From a virus, in the IMG/VR virus record IMGVR_UViG_3300012798_000001, positions 1 to 64,000 of that record: a DNA stretch of 64,000 bases; one strand, 5' to 3'. Made by a program: the position numbers and the translations under genes. Of this stretch, positions 52,458-60,725 are shown piece by piece; positions within the stretch are counted from its first letter, which is position 1; every line of letters starts with the position of its first letter. The notes beneath the pieces are model-generated. The model was given only the letters and a program-made list of their open reading frames with translations, did no database searches and was not told the DNA's origin.

Positions 52458-52753
52458 GCGATGCCATGAACGAGGGCTTGCCCGTGGCCGGCTACCGCCC
52501 ACAGACCGACGCAGCCGTCGATCTGGTCAACGAGCACAAGTTGATGGAGGAGCGAGTGCTCCGCCGGCTCGACGATCTGCGCGCGATGGCATATCGCGGC
52601 GCGCACGGCGCGGCGCACGGGGTCACGATCGACCAGCGGTGGCTGGCCATAGCCCAGACGCACATCGAGCAGGGCTTCATGGCCCTCAACCGCTCCATCT
52701 TTCAGCCTGGCCGGGTCGCCCTGCCCGGCGACAACGTGAGGCCGCCGGAATGA
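52454..52753 (+). CDS. Acb2/Tad1-like small protein (candidate cyclic-nucleotide sponge), copy 1
   Basis: ATGA coupling. 'GYRPQTDAAVDLVNEHK...DQRWLAIAQTHIEQGFMALNRSI'. Y14 and K29 are 15 residues apart, the spacing I recall for the Acb2 ligand-binding residues. Confidence 0.5.
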   Translation: MSDAMNEGLPVAGYRPQTDAAVDLVNEHKLMEERVLRRLDDLRAMAYRGAHGAAHGVTIDQRWLAIAQTHIEQGFMALNRSIFQPGRVALPGDNVRPPE

Positions 52754-53010
52754 GCCCACACCCGTCCAACCCGCTCGGCCCCGAGCCGGACGCGATCAGC
52801 CTTGCCCGCGAGAACCGCCTCCGGGAAGCCCTGGTCAGCCGGTGGCACGAGCAGCTCGCCGCGCAGCAGATCGGCAACGGCGAGGGTAGCTGGCGCCGGG
52901 TCGACCCCCGGTGGCTGGCCATCGGCCGCGCCCACCTGGAGCAGGGCTTCATGGCGCTGGAGCGGGCGATCCTCGAGCCCTGGCAGTTCGATCTGCCGGA
53001 GGAGCGGTGA
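52750..53010 (+). CDS. Acb2/Tad1-like small protein, divergent copy 2
   Basis: ATGA coupling. 'DPRWLAIGRAHLEQGFMALERAI' is shared with copy 1, but the N-terminal Tyr/Lys pair is absent. Confidence 0.45.
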   Translation: MSPHPSNPLGPEPDAISLARENRLREALVSRWHEQLAAQQIGNGEGSWRRVDPRWLAIGRAHLEQGFMALERAILEPWQFDLPEER

Positions 53011-53210
53011 TGGGTTGGTTCCTCGACTGGCTCTGGGGTCCGGAACCGGAATTCAAGCCGGGCGAGGCCCTGCCGTTCCTGCGCTGGCGCGATGGCCGGC
53101 TCGTCCCGCCACGGATCATGCCCCCGGTGCAGTACATCATCAGCGGCCCCCGCTTGCCGTGGGTCAACGAGCACAAGATGCCAGGGCGCCGGCCGGAGGT
53201 TCGCCGCTGA
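53010..53210 (+). CDS. hypothetical protein
   Basis: TGATG coupling. 66 aa. Confidence 0.45.
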   Translation: MGWFLDWLWGPEPEFKPGEALPFLRWRDGRLVPPRIMPPVQYIISGPRLPWVNEHKMPGRRPEVRR

Positions 53211-53914
53211 TGCTCCGGCTGCTCGATCTCTTCGCCGGCATCGGCGGCATGAGCCTCGGGCTCCAGCGCTCCGGGCATTTCCGGCCGGTGGCGTTCTGCG
53301 AGATCAACCCCTTCTGCCACCACGTCCTCCGCAAGCATTGGCCCGAGGTTCCGATCTATGGCGATGTCCGCGCCCTCACCCGAGAACGGCTCCATGCCGA
53401 TGGCATTGCCGTTGACGCCATCTGCGGCGGCTTCCCCTGCCAGGACATCTCGGCGGCTGGGAGAGGTGCGGGGCTTCATGGCGCCCGTTCCGTTCTCTGG
53501 CGTGAATTCGCTCGACTGCTTGGCGATCTTCGACCGCGTTACGCGATCGTGGAGAACACCGACGCGCTCACTTTTCGAGGGCTCGGAACCGTTCTCGGAG
53601 ACTTGGCCGATCTCGGGTTCGATGCGGTCTGGCACAGCATTCCGGCTTCCGCCCTTGGTGCCCGTCACCTCCGACGACGGGTCTGGATTGTGGCCCACAC
53701 CGATCGCTCGGGATTGGAAGAGCAGTTCTACCGCCACGCGCCAGAACTCGCGACCGCTGTCGGAACACATGCCTGGGGCTTTGAACCCGAATTGGATCGA
53801 GTGGCTCCTTGGCTTCCCTATCGGGTGGACCGCGTTCAAGCGCTCGGCAATTCCGCGGTGCCGCAGATCCCGGAACTCATTGGCCGTCTGATCGGCAACC
53901 TGGAGGCAACATGA
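53210..53914 (+). CDS. DNA (cytosine-5) methyltransferase, compact type
   Basis: Motif I 'DLFAGIGG', motif IV 'GGFPCQDIS', motif VI 'ENT/ENV-like IVENTD', and the C-terminal 'QALGNSAVPQI'. Confidence 0.85.
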   Translation: MLRLLDLFAGIGGMSLGLQRSGHFRPVAFCEINPFCHHVLRKHWPEVPIYGDVRALTRERLHADGIAVDAICGGFPCQDISAAGRGAGLHGARSVLWREFARLLGDLRPRYAIVENTDALTFRGLGTVLGDLADLGFDAVWHSIPASALGARHLRRRVWIVAHTDRSGLEEQFYRHAPELATAVGTHAWGFEPELDRVAPWLPYRVDRVQALGNSAVPQIPELIGRLIGNLEAT

Positions 53915-54141
53915 AACCGGACGTGGTCGACGCCCGCCTGCGGGCTTGGCTTGAGCAGCCCCGCCAGCAAGGGTTCCCAGGCTATCAGTTCACCCTCGAC
54001 GCGGCGGTGGGCGCCGTGTGCGACGGCTTCCCATTCACCCATGGCCAGCGGCTCGAAGTGATCAAGGGGCTGCAACGGCTTGGCGTTGCTCTTCGCGATG
54101 GCTGCGTGGTCCGGATCGACGAGACGGAGGAATCCCCATGA
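53911..54141 (+). CDS. hypothetical protein
   Basis: ATGA coupling. 76 aa. Confidence 0.5.
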   Translation: MKPDVVDARLRAWLEQPRQQGFPGYQFTLDAAVGAVCDGFPFTHGQRLEVIKGLQRLGVALRDGCVVRIDETEESP

Positions 54142-54713
54142 TCAGCACCCACAAGAACCGCTCATACACCACGCAGCGGACCAAGGTCGGCGACCGCTTC
54201 CGGGTCGACTACGTGCTGCGCTGCGGCGAATGCGACGCCGTCGAGACGATCCACATGGACCCGCAGTGTCGGCCCGATCTGATCGTCAAGAAGTTCAACC
54301 TCAAGGGCTGGAAGGCGGACGAGCGCAACCCCGCCCGCAACCTCTGCCCCTTGTGCCAGGGCGCCAAGCCCCAGGAGACGCCCGTGGAGACCCCGATGCC
54401 GAGGGAGGACGTGATGGCCGACATGCCCAAGGGCCCCACTCACGAGCAGCGCAAGCGCATCGCGCAGCATCTCCGCGGCGTCTTCGACGAGCAGCGGGGC
54501 CGCTACCTGGAGAGCCACAACGATCAGACGGTCGGCCAGGAGTTGCAGGTCCCCTGGGCCTGGGTCCGCGAGTGCCGCGATCTGCTGGGGTTCGAAATCA
54601 AGATCGACCCGGAGGTCGAGGCGCTGCGGAACGAGTTCGAGGCCATGGCCGAGATGCTGATCGCCCTGGAGGCGAAGCTGAAGGCGCTGGAGGCCAGGAG
54701 GCTCGCATCATGA
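54138..54713 (+). CDS. hypothetical Zn-ribbon/coiled-coil protein
   Basis: 'CGECDAV...CPLCQG' plus a C-terminal heptad region. Confidence 0.5.
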   Translation: MISTHKNRSYTTQRTKVGDRFRVDYVLRCGECDAVETIHMDPQCRPDLIVKKFNLKGWKADERNPARNLCPLCQGAKPQETPVETPMPREDVMADMPKGPTHEQRKRIAQHLRGVFDEQRGRYLESHNDQTVGQELQVPWAWVRECRDLLGFEIKIDPEVEALRNEFEAMAEMLIALEAKLKALEARRLAS

Positions 54714-54925
54714 CCGCGCGCCCGGAGCAGGAGGCCCGCATCCGGGCCATCGGCGCCGCCTCCATCGAGATCATCGAGGCCGTCCGTCTGATCGGCCAGG
54801 CCAACAACCTCTCCCCCGAGGACACGCTGGCCGCCCTGACCTTGGCCAGCGCCTCGATCGACAACGCGATGGATCTCATCGCCGAACTGAAGGATCTGCC
54901 ACATGGATCACGAAGCCCCCTTTGA
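54710..54925 (+). CDS. hypothetical protein
   Basis: ATGA coupling. 71 aa. Confidence 0.45.
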   Translation: MTARPEQEARIRAIGAASIEIIEAVRLIGQANNLSPEDTLAALTLASASIDNAMDLIAELKDLPHGSRSPL

Positions 54926-55190
54926 GATGGATCTCGACGAGGCCGTGGCCGAGCTGCAGGCCGCCGCCGATGCCCTCACCAACGCCGTCTGCGCCGTGGC
55001 CGAGGAGCGTGGCATGGACCCGGCCCGCATGATCTTCGCCACCGCGGTCATGCTGTCGTCGATGGTCGAGATCCTGCCGGCGGTGACCCGCGAGCAGGCT
55101 GCGGCCGACGTGATCAAGATCATCCAAACCGGCCTGGCCGAGGCCATGGCGGCCGATCCGCTGGTGCCGGAGGAGGCCGTCCCCGCATGA
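54903..55190 (+). CDS. hypothetical protein
   Basis: 95-aa ORF. Confidence 0.5.
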   Translation: MDHEAPFEMDLDEAVAELQAAADALTNAVCAVAEERGMDPARMIFATAVMLSSMVEILPAVTREQAAADVIKIIQTGLAEAMAADPLVPEEAVPA

Positions 55191-55369
55191 CCACGCCACA
55201 GGTGATTATGGTCATCCTGCTCACGCTGCGCTTCGTCGGGCCCATCGCGCGGGCCCTTGGAGCGGAGTTCCCACATCGCAAGGCACCGCCGCCTTGGGCG
55301 CAAGTCTTCGGCGCATCGGTCCTGGTGGGCACGTATGCGGGCGTGATGGCCTGGGGAGGCTTCTGGTGA
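55187..55369 (+). CDS. small membrane protein
   Basis: ATGA coupling. Two hydrophobic helices. Confidence 0.45.
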   Translation: MTTPQVIMVILLTLRFVGPIARALGAEFPHRKAPPPWAQVFGASVLVGTYAGVMAWGGFW

Positions 55370-55605
55370 TGGCCGTCGCCCCCAGGGCACAGACCGGAGA
55401 TCAGCCCGGCGACAAATCTGTGCCCTCGGCCTTCCTCTACGGCCTCCACTTCGCATATCGTGGGCGCCTGTATCAGATCGGTCCGGAGGAACTGGCGAGG
55501 TGCCTCTGGACCGATGGCCGAGCCCTGGCAGGCGACATCGCCTGGGCCCGGCAGATCATCGATTCCCTCGCCGCAAAAATCACCGGAAAGGCGCCAAGCC
55601 CATGA
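55369..55605 (+). CDS. hypothetical protein
   Basis: TGATG coupling. 78 aa. Confidence 0.45.
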   Translation: MAVAPRAQTGDQPGDKSVPSAFLYGLHFAYRGRLYQIGPEELARCLWTDGRALAGDIAWARQIIDSLAAKITGKAPSP

Positions 55606-56120
55606 GGAACCTCAACCTGCTCAACCCCCATCGCGTCCAACTGGAGGGCTTCGGGCCTGGCGATGATCGCGAGGGCGCGTTCACGCTCGCGTCACCGATC
55701 GATCGGGCCCAGCTCCGCATCATCGCCTCGGCCGACATGGGCTGGGATCACGTGTCGGTCTCGCGCCAGAACCGCCCGCCCAATTGGGCCGAGATGTCGT
55801 TCGTGAAGCGGCTCTTCTTCAAGGAGGACGAGACCGCGATGCAGCTCCACGTGCCGGTCGACGATCACGTGAACTTCCACCCGAACACGCTGCATCTGTG
55901 GCGCCCGCATGACCAGGAGATCCCCCGGCCGCCCTCGAACATGGTCGGGCCGAAGACCAGCGAGCCGCCGCCCGCCGCCGCCCCGCGTGTGGCCGGGATG
56001 GTCTACGCCAGCGACCACGGCGCAGTCGGGGATGGCGTGACCGACGACACCACGGCGATGCAGGCCGCCTTCGACGCGGCGCGCGCCAGCGCCGGCACGA
56101 AGCGGAGGGCGCGCGGATGA
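55602..56120 (+). CDS. conserved phage protein with C-terminal tailspike-N-cap-like fragment
   Basis: 'WDHVSVSRQNRPPNWAEMSFVKRLFF...LHLWRP' followed by 'YASDHGAVGDGVTDDTTAMQAAFDAA'. Confidence 0.55.
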   Translation: MRNLNLLNPHRVQLEGFGPGDDREGAFTLASPIDRAQLRIIASADMGWDHVSVSRQNRPPNWAEMSFVKRLFFKEDETAMQLHVPVDDHVNFHPNTLHLWRPHDQEIPRPPSNMVGPKTSEPPPAAAPRVAGMVYASDHGAVGDGVTDDTTAMQAAFDAARASAGTKRRARG

Positions 56121-56356
56121 CCGTGCCCAAGAACCCGTGCTTCGTCGCCACCTGTCTGCGCGATCTGCAAATCCACCGGGAAACGTGGCGCGCCGCCTTG
56201 GTGGAAGCCATGGAGCGATCGGACGCCTCGCCCGACAACTACGATCTCCGGTCCTTCTGGCCGGCGGAGATCGCCGCCTTCGACCGCGTGTTCGATGCGC
56301 TGTCCAACTTCGAGGTCGTGATCATCGACGGCCCGAGCACGGGGGTGCGGGTGTGA
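56117..56356 (+). CDS. hypothetical protein
   Basis: ATGA coupling. 79 aa. Confidence 0.5.
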   Translation: MTVPKNPCFVATCLRDLQIHRETWRAALVEAMERSDASPDNYDLRSFWPAEIAAFDRVFDALSNFEVVIIDGPSTGVRV

Positions 56357-56829
56357 TGAAGAACCCGTTCGGAGTGTCCGGATTGATGGAATGGCTGAAC
56401 CTCGTGCCCGGCGATGACCGCAGGCAGTGGATCGACGATCTGCGGGCTCTGTTGAAGCGGATCGAGTTCAGCGACGAAGACGACCGCCACCTCGGCCTCG
56501 ACGTGCTCTGCGCGACGATCGACGACCCCGTCGCCGGCCCGGTGCCGAACCCGATGGTCGACGTGGAGTGCTGTGCCGCTTGGCTCAACGCGCTCTTGCC
56601 CGGCTTCTGGTACAGCATCGGCCTCTGCTACCTGTCCGGCGACGCCAGCCTCGGGCCGGACTACAACGATCCGGCCCACCGGGAGCGGCTGCTGCGCGAA
56701 TGGCCGGAGGAGCATTTCCACGATGGCCTGCACGCTGATCTGAGGCCCGGCGATGGGCTGGCCCGCTGCTGCCGGGCCCTGATCCACTGCGCGCTCCAGG
56801 CGATCATCAAACGGGCGGAGTTGACCTGA
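56356..56829 (+). CDS. hypothetical protein
   Basis: TGATG coupling. 157 aa. Confidence 0.5.
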   Translation: MKNPFGVSGLMEWLNLVPGDDRRQWIDDLRALLKRIEFSDEDDRHLGLDVLCATIDDPVAGPVPNPMVDVECCAAWLNALLPGFWYSIGLCYLSGDASLGPDYNDPAHRERLLREWPEEHFHDGLHADLRPGDGLARCCRALIHCALQAIIKRAELT

Positions 56830-56830
56830 G

Positions 56831-57025
56831 ATGCATCCAATCCTACCGCCGCCTCCGGCGAACCGGATCTTCGTCCGCGACTGTGCGAATGCCCCCGACC
56901 ACGTGCTCTTGACGATCGAGAGCATGAAGCTCCCGCGGGCAATAGCCTCTCAGATCATCGGCCTCGCGGTTCGCAAAGACAGCGCGACGCCCCAGCCGGG
57001 CGAGGTGACCTATGGTAGCCGCTGA
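56831..57025 (+). CDS. hypothetical protein
   Basis: 64-aa ORF. Confidence 0.4.
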   Translation: MHPILPPPPANRIFVRDCANAPDHVLLTIESMKLPRAIASQIIGLAVRKDSATPQPGEVTYGSR

Positions 57026-57110
57026 ATCATCGATCGACGACATCGCCGTGTTCGACCGCGTGGTGGCGGCGCTGGCGCGGCTCGATGTCCACACCGACGA
57101 GGACCGGTAG
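57012..57110 (+). CDS. possible 32-aa ORF
   Basis: 'MVAAESSIDDIAVFDRVVAALARLDVHTDEDR'. Its TAG stop abuts the ATG at 57111. Below the track cut-off. Confidence 0.3.
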   Translation: MVAAESSIDDIAVFDRVVAALARLDVHTDEDR

Positions 57111-57323
57111 ATGCTGATCGAATCCGCGTCCACGGCCTACCGGGCTTCGTGGGGTACGAGCCACGTGCTGACCATGGTCGCCGATGATGACCGGATCTGG
57201 CACCGAATGACGTTCATCGACAGCAACGGGATCGTTGCCACGATCAAGCTCACGGCGGAGGAAGCCCGCGACCTGTTCCTCGCGCTCAAGGTCTCGGTCG
57301 ACAAGGAGCCCGGCAATGGCTGA
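57111..57323 (+). CDS. hypothetical protein
   Basis: 70-aa ORF. Confidence 0.5.
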   Translation: MLIESASTAYRASWGTSHVLTMVADDDRIWHRMTFIDSNGIVATIKLTAEEARDLFLALKVSVDKEPGNG

Positions 57324-57588
57324 CCCCGAGATGATCTATCTTGAGCCCGGCCCGGGCCCGTTCGATGACCGGACGTGGTGCGCCAACGACGTCTGGCCCG
57401 AGGACCACGCCGAGGGCGGCCCCAGCGGCGTCCGCTACATCCGCGCCGATCTGCATGAGTTGGCGCTGAAGGTTGCTCGCGATGAGGGTGCCGGCGCCTG
57501 TGCCCGATGGCTCCAGGGGCAGAAAGGCAAGACGGTCGATGAGGCGCTACCGATCACAATGCTGCGGACGGTGCTCAAAGGATCATGA
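57316..57588 (+). CDS. hypothetical protein
   Basis: Internal ATG overlapping the upstream end. 90 aa. Confidence 0.5.
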   Translation: MADPEMIYLEPGPGPFDDRTWCANDVWPEDHAEGGPSGVRYIRADLHELALKVARDEGAGACARWLQGQKGKTVDEALPITMLRTVLKGS

Positions 57589-58124
57589 GCGGCAAGAGCA
57601 AGGCCAGGGCGCAGCCGCTGCTGGAGACCCCGGAACGGGCCCAGCACGCCGCGGCGATCATCGACCGCAACATCGGCACAGCCATCGGCGCGCCGCGAGG
57701 CCGGCTCATCCAGACCCCGCTCGACCGGCTGTTCGTGCGCAACTCGATCACGCAGCGCCAGTTCTCGGCCGGGGCCAAGCTCAAGGAGGACTTCGAGGTC
57801 GGGATGCTCGGCGCCAAGGACGCCGAGGGCAACTTCGCCCTGGGGATCAGGGGCCAAGCGAACCACGCATGGGTCCCCGATGTGCAACTCGACGCGATCC
57901 GCCGGTTCAAGCAGGCGATGATCGCGGTCGGGGCCCATGTCGGCGCCGTCCTGGTGGCGTTCTGCTGCTACGACCGCGACGTGGTCAAGATCGCCGTCCA
58001 GCAGGGCCGCAACCGGGACAAGGTGATGGGGATCGTCGAGGTCGGGCTCGACACCCTGGCCGATCACTATGGCCTGCTCGGCAACGACAAGCACCGCGCG
58101 ATGCGGGGGTTCAGGGAGGATTGA
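57585..58124 (+). CDS. hypothetical protein (position of a late-gene regulator)
   Basis: ATGA coupling. 179 aa. Penultimate gene of the rightward operon, before the terminator. Confidence 0.5.
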   Translation: MSGKSKARAQPLLETPERAQHAAAIIDRNIGTAIGAPRGRLIQTPLDRLFVRNSITQRQFSAGAKLKEDFEVGMLGAKDAEGNFALGIRGQANHAWVPDVQLDAIRRFKQAMIAVGAHVGAVLVAFCCYDRDVVKIAVQQGRNRDKVMGIVEVGLDTLADHYGLLGNDKHRAMRGFRED

Positions 58125-58128
58125 GCCG

Positions 58129-58434
58129 ATGACCAGGGAGGCGTTCGACAAGATCGCCGAGGGGCTGACCGAGGCCCTGGAGCGAACGATCCGTGGCGAC
58201 GGTGACACGACCGCGATCCCGCCGCCGGGCTTCTATATCGGCGAGGAGATTGCGGCGCGCTTCATGACCCTCCATGACGTGGCCCTCGTCCTGGACATGA
58301 GCGAGTGCGCCGTCGACGGGCTGCTACGCGGAGAGGTTCGGATCAAGCCGCGCCTCGCCGATGGGCTAGGCGCGATGTTCGACGTGTCGCCCGATCTGTT
58401 CCTCAACCTGCAGCGGGCCTACGACGATCAGTAG
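58129..58434 (+). CDS. HigA-like XRE HTH protein (no adjacent HigB seen)
   Basis: 'FMTLHDVALVLDMSECAVDGLLRGEVRIKPRLADGLGAMFDVSPDLFLNLQRAYD'. AGGGAGGA SD. Confidence 0.6.
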   Translation: MTREAFDKIAEGLTEALERTIRGDGDTTAIPPPGFYIGEEIAARFMTLHDVALVLDMSECAVDGLLRGEVRIKPRLADGLGAMFDVSPDLFLNLQRAYDDQ

Positions 58435-58558
58435 AGCCGACTCTCCCCGATGAATCAGTATCTTGTGCCATGCCGCATCGTGTGGCAGCATCTCCCGCAT
58501 CGTGACTTCGTGTCACCGCGCTCCGCAGGCGCTGCCCGGCTCACGCTGGGGATGGGGA

Positions 58559-58591
58559 AACGCCCGGCCTTGAGCCGGGCGTTCCTGTTTT
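58559..58591 (+). terminator. rho-independent terminator of early-right operon
   Basis: aacgcccggc-cttga-gccgggcgtt followed by cctgtttt. Confidence 0.7.
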
Positions 58592-59061
58592 CAGGGCTTG
58601 CCGACGAGCAGCTCGAACTGATCCGGCCCGATCCGCATCCGGACCACGTCGCCAGGGCTTAGGTCGATCCAGTTCTGGCAGTCGTGGCCGTCGATCTTCT
58701 CGACCCCGTCGTCGCCGCCGAAGGAGTCGTTCTTTGCGTTCCACACGGCATCGGGGTCCATGGTCTCGGGATTGGCCTCGTTGGCATAGGCGACCCGCTG
58801 CATGCGCTCGCTGGCCATCAGAGCGGGGCGCCCGTTGCTCACGAGGTAGACCCCGTCATCCCCCACCAGATGAAGGCCGGGCTTGACCTTGGTGGGATCC
58901 ACATCCTCGGGGGTCGCGGCGCCCGCCTCGAAGTCGGGCTCCTTGCCATCCTTGCGGCACTCGGGATCGCACATCTCGTCGAACGTCGGAGCGTGCTCTG
59001 GCGCTGCCATGGCGTGATCGAGCAGCTCTTTCACCGCGGCTTTGGGGAATGTGAGGATCAT
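58591..59061 (-). CDS. conserved hypothetical protein (DUF3085-like by recollection)
   Basis: Start 'MILTFPKAAVKELLDHAMAAPEHAPTF' follows CCCGGAGAG. Confidence 0.55.
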   Translation of the reverse strand: MILTFPKAAVKELLDHAMAAPEHAPTFDEMCDPECRKDGKEPDFEAGAATPEDVDPTKVKPGLHLVGDDGVYLVSNGRPALMASERMQRVAYANEANPETMDPDAVWNAKNDSFGGDDGVEKIDGHDCQNWIDLSPGDVVRMRIGPDQFELLVGKP

Positions 59062-59893
59062 CGGTTCTCTCCGGGTTCGATTCACTAGGGGTTCGTCGAT
59101 CTACTAGGGGGGTGCTGCCGCCGCCGGCCAGCCTGGAGGGCCTCGGGCCCGGCCCGGCCGGCCGCTCGTCGATCGACCGGGGGTGGGCGTCGACCGACCG
59201 GGGGGTGTGGTCGTCGATCGACCGGGGGGTCGTCGACCGACCGGGGGGTGTCCGGGGGGTCGGGGGTGTGTCCCGGCCGCCACAGTCTCCGATCGGAGAC
59301 AGGGGGTGTCTCCCGGCCGCCACACTGCGGCCAGGCCGAGACAGGTGTGGCCGGCCGGACACGTGTCCGCCGGGTGACACACTCGCCAGGGTTGGGCAAC
59401 CCCGCCCCTACCACAAGCCGGGCTTGGTGATCCCGATCCGAGCCACCAGCCGGGCCAGCCCAACCGGGCCGCCGGGTTCCACATCGACTTCGTGGCGATC
59501 TCAACCGCCCCACAAGGGCCCGCGCCAGGGGGCCGGCGGCCCGGCCGGCGCTGGCCCCAGGCGGGCCCCGGCCAAGGCGGCCCCGCCCCGGCCCTAGCTG
59601 GGGATCGCGGGCCCGCCATGGGGCCAGGGCCGCCACAGGGCCACCAGGGCCACCACAGGGGCCGCCGGGGCGGGCCATGGCCACCAGGGCCGGGGCTTGG
59701 CCCCGCCCGGCTTGCACAGGCGGCCCTACGGGGCCCGCGCGGGCCATGGCTGGTGGTAGGGTACGCGAAAGGCGGGCCGGCCCTGTAGAGCCACGACAAC
59801 GCGGCACAGGGGCTCGGCCCCACCAGGGCCACCAGCCCAGGGCCACCAGGGCCCGGCCAGGGGCGGCCCTTGGGCCCGCCTGGACGAGCCACG

Positions 59894-59920
59894 GCCCCGC
59901 GCGGCGCTAGCCGGCGGGGC
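59894..59920. repeat. conserved two-tier hairpin H1
   Basis: GCCCCGC-G-CGGC-GCTA-GCCG-GCGGGGC. Confidence 0.6.
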
Positions 59921-60010
59921 TGGGCTGGGGCTGGTGGTGGCATGGGGCTGGGCCCCGCCATGGCGCGCTCCTGGCAAGGGGCCGGCGCTGGCCGGCCCTG
60001 GCACCAGCAA

Positions 60011-60039
60011 AGCCCCGCGCGGCGCTAGCCGGCGGGGCT
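60011..60039. repeat. conserved two-tier hairpin H2
   Basis: AGCCCCGC-G-CGGC-GCTA-GCCG-GCGGGGCT, 22 nt downstream of the 60062 stop. Confidence 0.6.
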
Positions 60040-60061
60040 TGGTGTGGCTGATGGGGCTCGC

Positions 60062-60361
60062 CTACGGCTGGAGCCCGGCCATGGCGTTGAGGCTGTCCGC
60101 TACCGCCTTGGCTTGCCGCTTGGTGGCCCAGCCCCGGCGGGCCGGGCCGTTGTGGTAGCGGTAGCGCCGCGCCTTCACATCGGGCCGCGCGCAAAGGCGG
60201 ATTAGGGAATCCCCATATTCCGGGTTGCGGCCGAAAACATACCAGCCGGGGCCCGTTGTGGAATCCTGGCGCGCGTAGAAGCGGTTATACACTCGGCCGT
60301 AGGAGTCGGTAGGGTTAAACAACACTCCGGACTCGGCGAATTCTTGCGGGTTGCTGGCCAT
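60062..60361 (-). CDS. hypothetical protein ('GPGWY' family, copy 2)
   Basis: Internal start 'MASNPQEFAESGVLFNPTDSYGRVYNRFYARQDSTTGPGWYVFG'. Confidence 0.5.
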   Translation of the reverse strand: MASNPQEFAESGVLFNPTDSYGRVYNRFYARQDSTTGPGWYVFGRNPEYGDSLIRLCARPDVKARRYRYHNGPARRGWATKRQAKAVADSLNAMAGLQP

Positions 60362-60362
60362 T

Positions 60363-60629
60363 TCACGACTCCGAGTCGGTGGCATCGCTGAAAGCAGCGG
60401 CGCTGGTGTTGAAGGGGCCGCTGGGCTCGCCATCCGGGAGGCAGCCAGGGAACTCGGCCTGCCAATACCAGCCGGGCCCGGTGAAATCGAAGAACTCGGG
60501 CTCAAGGGCCGCCAGTTCGACTTCGCCCATGAAAAACACGTAAAACGAGCCCCAGTCTTCCCCCTGGGCGTTGGTGAAAGAGTGGTAACCCGCCTTGCTG
60601 GTGGCGTTGGTGTCGGCGCTGGTGGCCAT
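60363..60629 (-). CDS. hypothetical acidic protein ('GPGWY' family, copy 1)
   Basis: 'FYVFFMGEVELAALEPEFFDFTGPGWYWQAEF'. Confidence 0.5.
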   Translation of the reverse strand: MATSADTNATSKAGYHSFTNAQGEDWGSFYVFFMGEVELAALEPEFFDFTGPGWYWQAEFPGCLPDGEPSGPFNTSAAAFSDATDSES

Positions 60630-60679
60630 GGTGGGACTCCGGGTTGTGGGGCCACATTGCGGGCCCTTGCACTGCCCTA

Positions 60680-60708
60680 AGCCCCGCCGGCTTTCGCCGC
60701 GCGGGGCT
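60680..60708. repeat. conserved two-tier hairpin H3
   Basis: AGCCCCGC-CGGC-TTTC-GCCG-C-GCGGGGCT (a GAAA tetraloop on the transcribed strand). Confidence 0.6.
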
Positions 60709-60725
60709 GGGCTTGGCCCGCCGGG

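Larger units (their letters stand above)
59090..60061. repeat. ~1 kb non-coding GC-extreme region with G-runs, direct repeats and palindromes
   Basis: Four copies of GTCGA(T/C)CGACCGGGGG(G)T lie at 59168-59249. The 23-bp direct repeat GGGGGTGT(G/C)TCCCGGCCGCCACA flanks the palindrome GTCTCCGATCGGAGAC (59262-59325). GGACACGTGTCC lies at 59357-59368. From 59560 on there are many GGCCACCAGGGCC-type units. Confidence 0.7.

Noticed and set aside
50793-52502. 569-aa ORF on the minus strand.
   Set aside because: It is a shadow of the primase/helicase gene, which carries unambiguous Toprim and Walker motifs on the other strand.
59085-59961. 253- and 285-aa minus-strand ORFs, with similar ones at 62126..63209.
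   Set aside because: The products are Pro/Gly/Arg/Trp low-complexity, and all six frames are open because of extreme GC. There is no SD or coupling. Treated as non-coding repeat DNA.
60640-60680. GGCAGTGCAAGGGCC read as a sigma54 (-24/-12) promoter.
   Set aside because: The GG and GC elements are not separated by the required ~10 bp, so the box does not fit TGGCAC-N5-TTGC.
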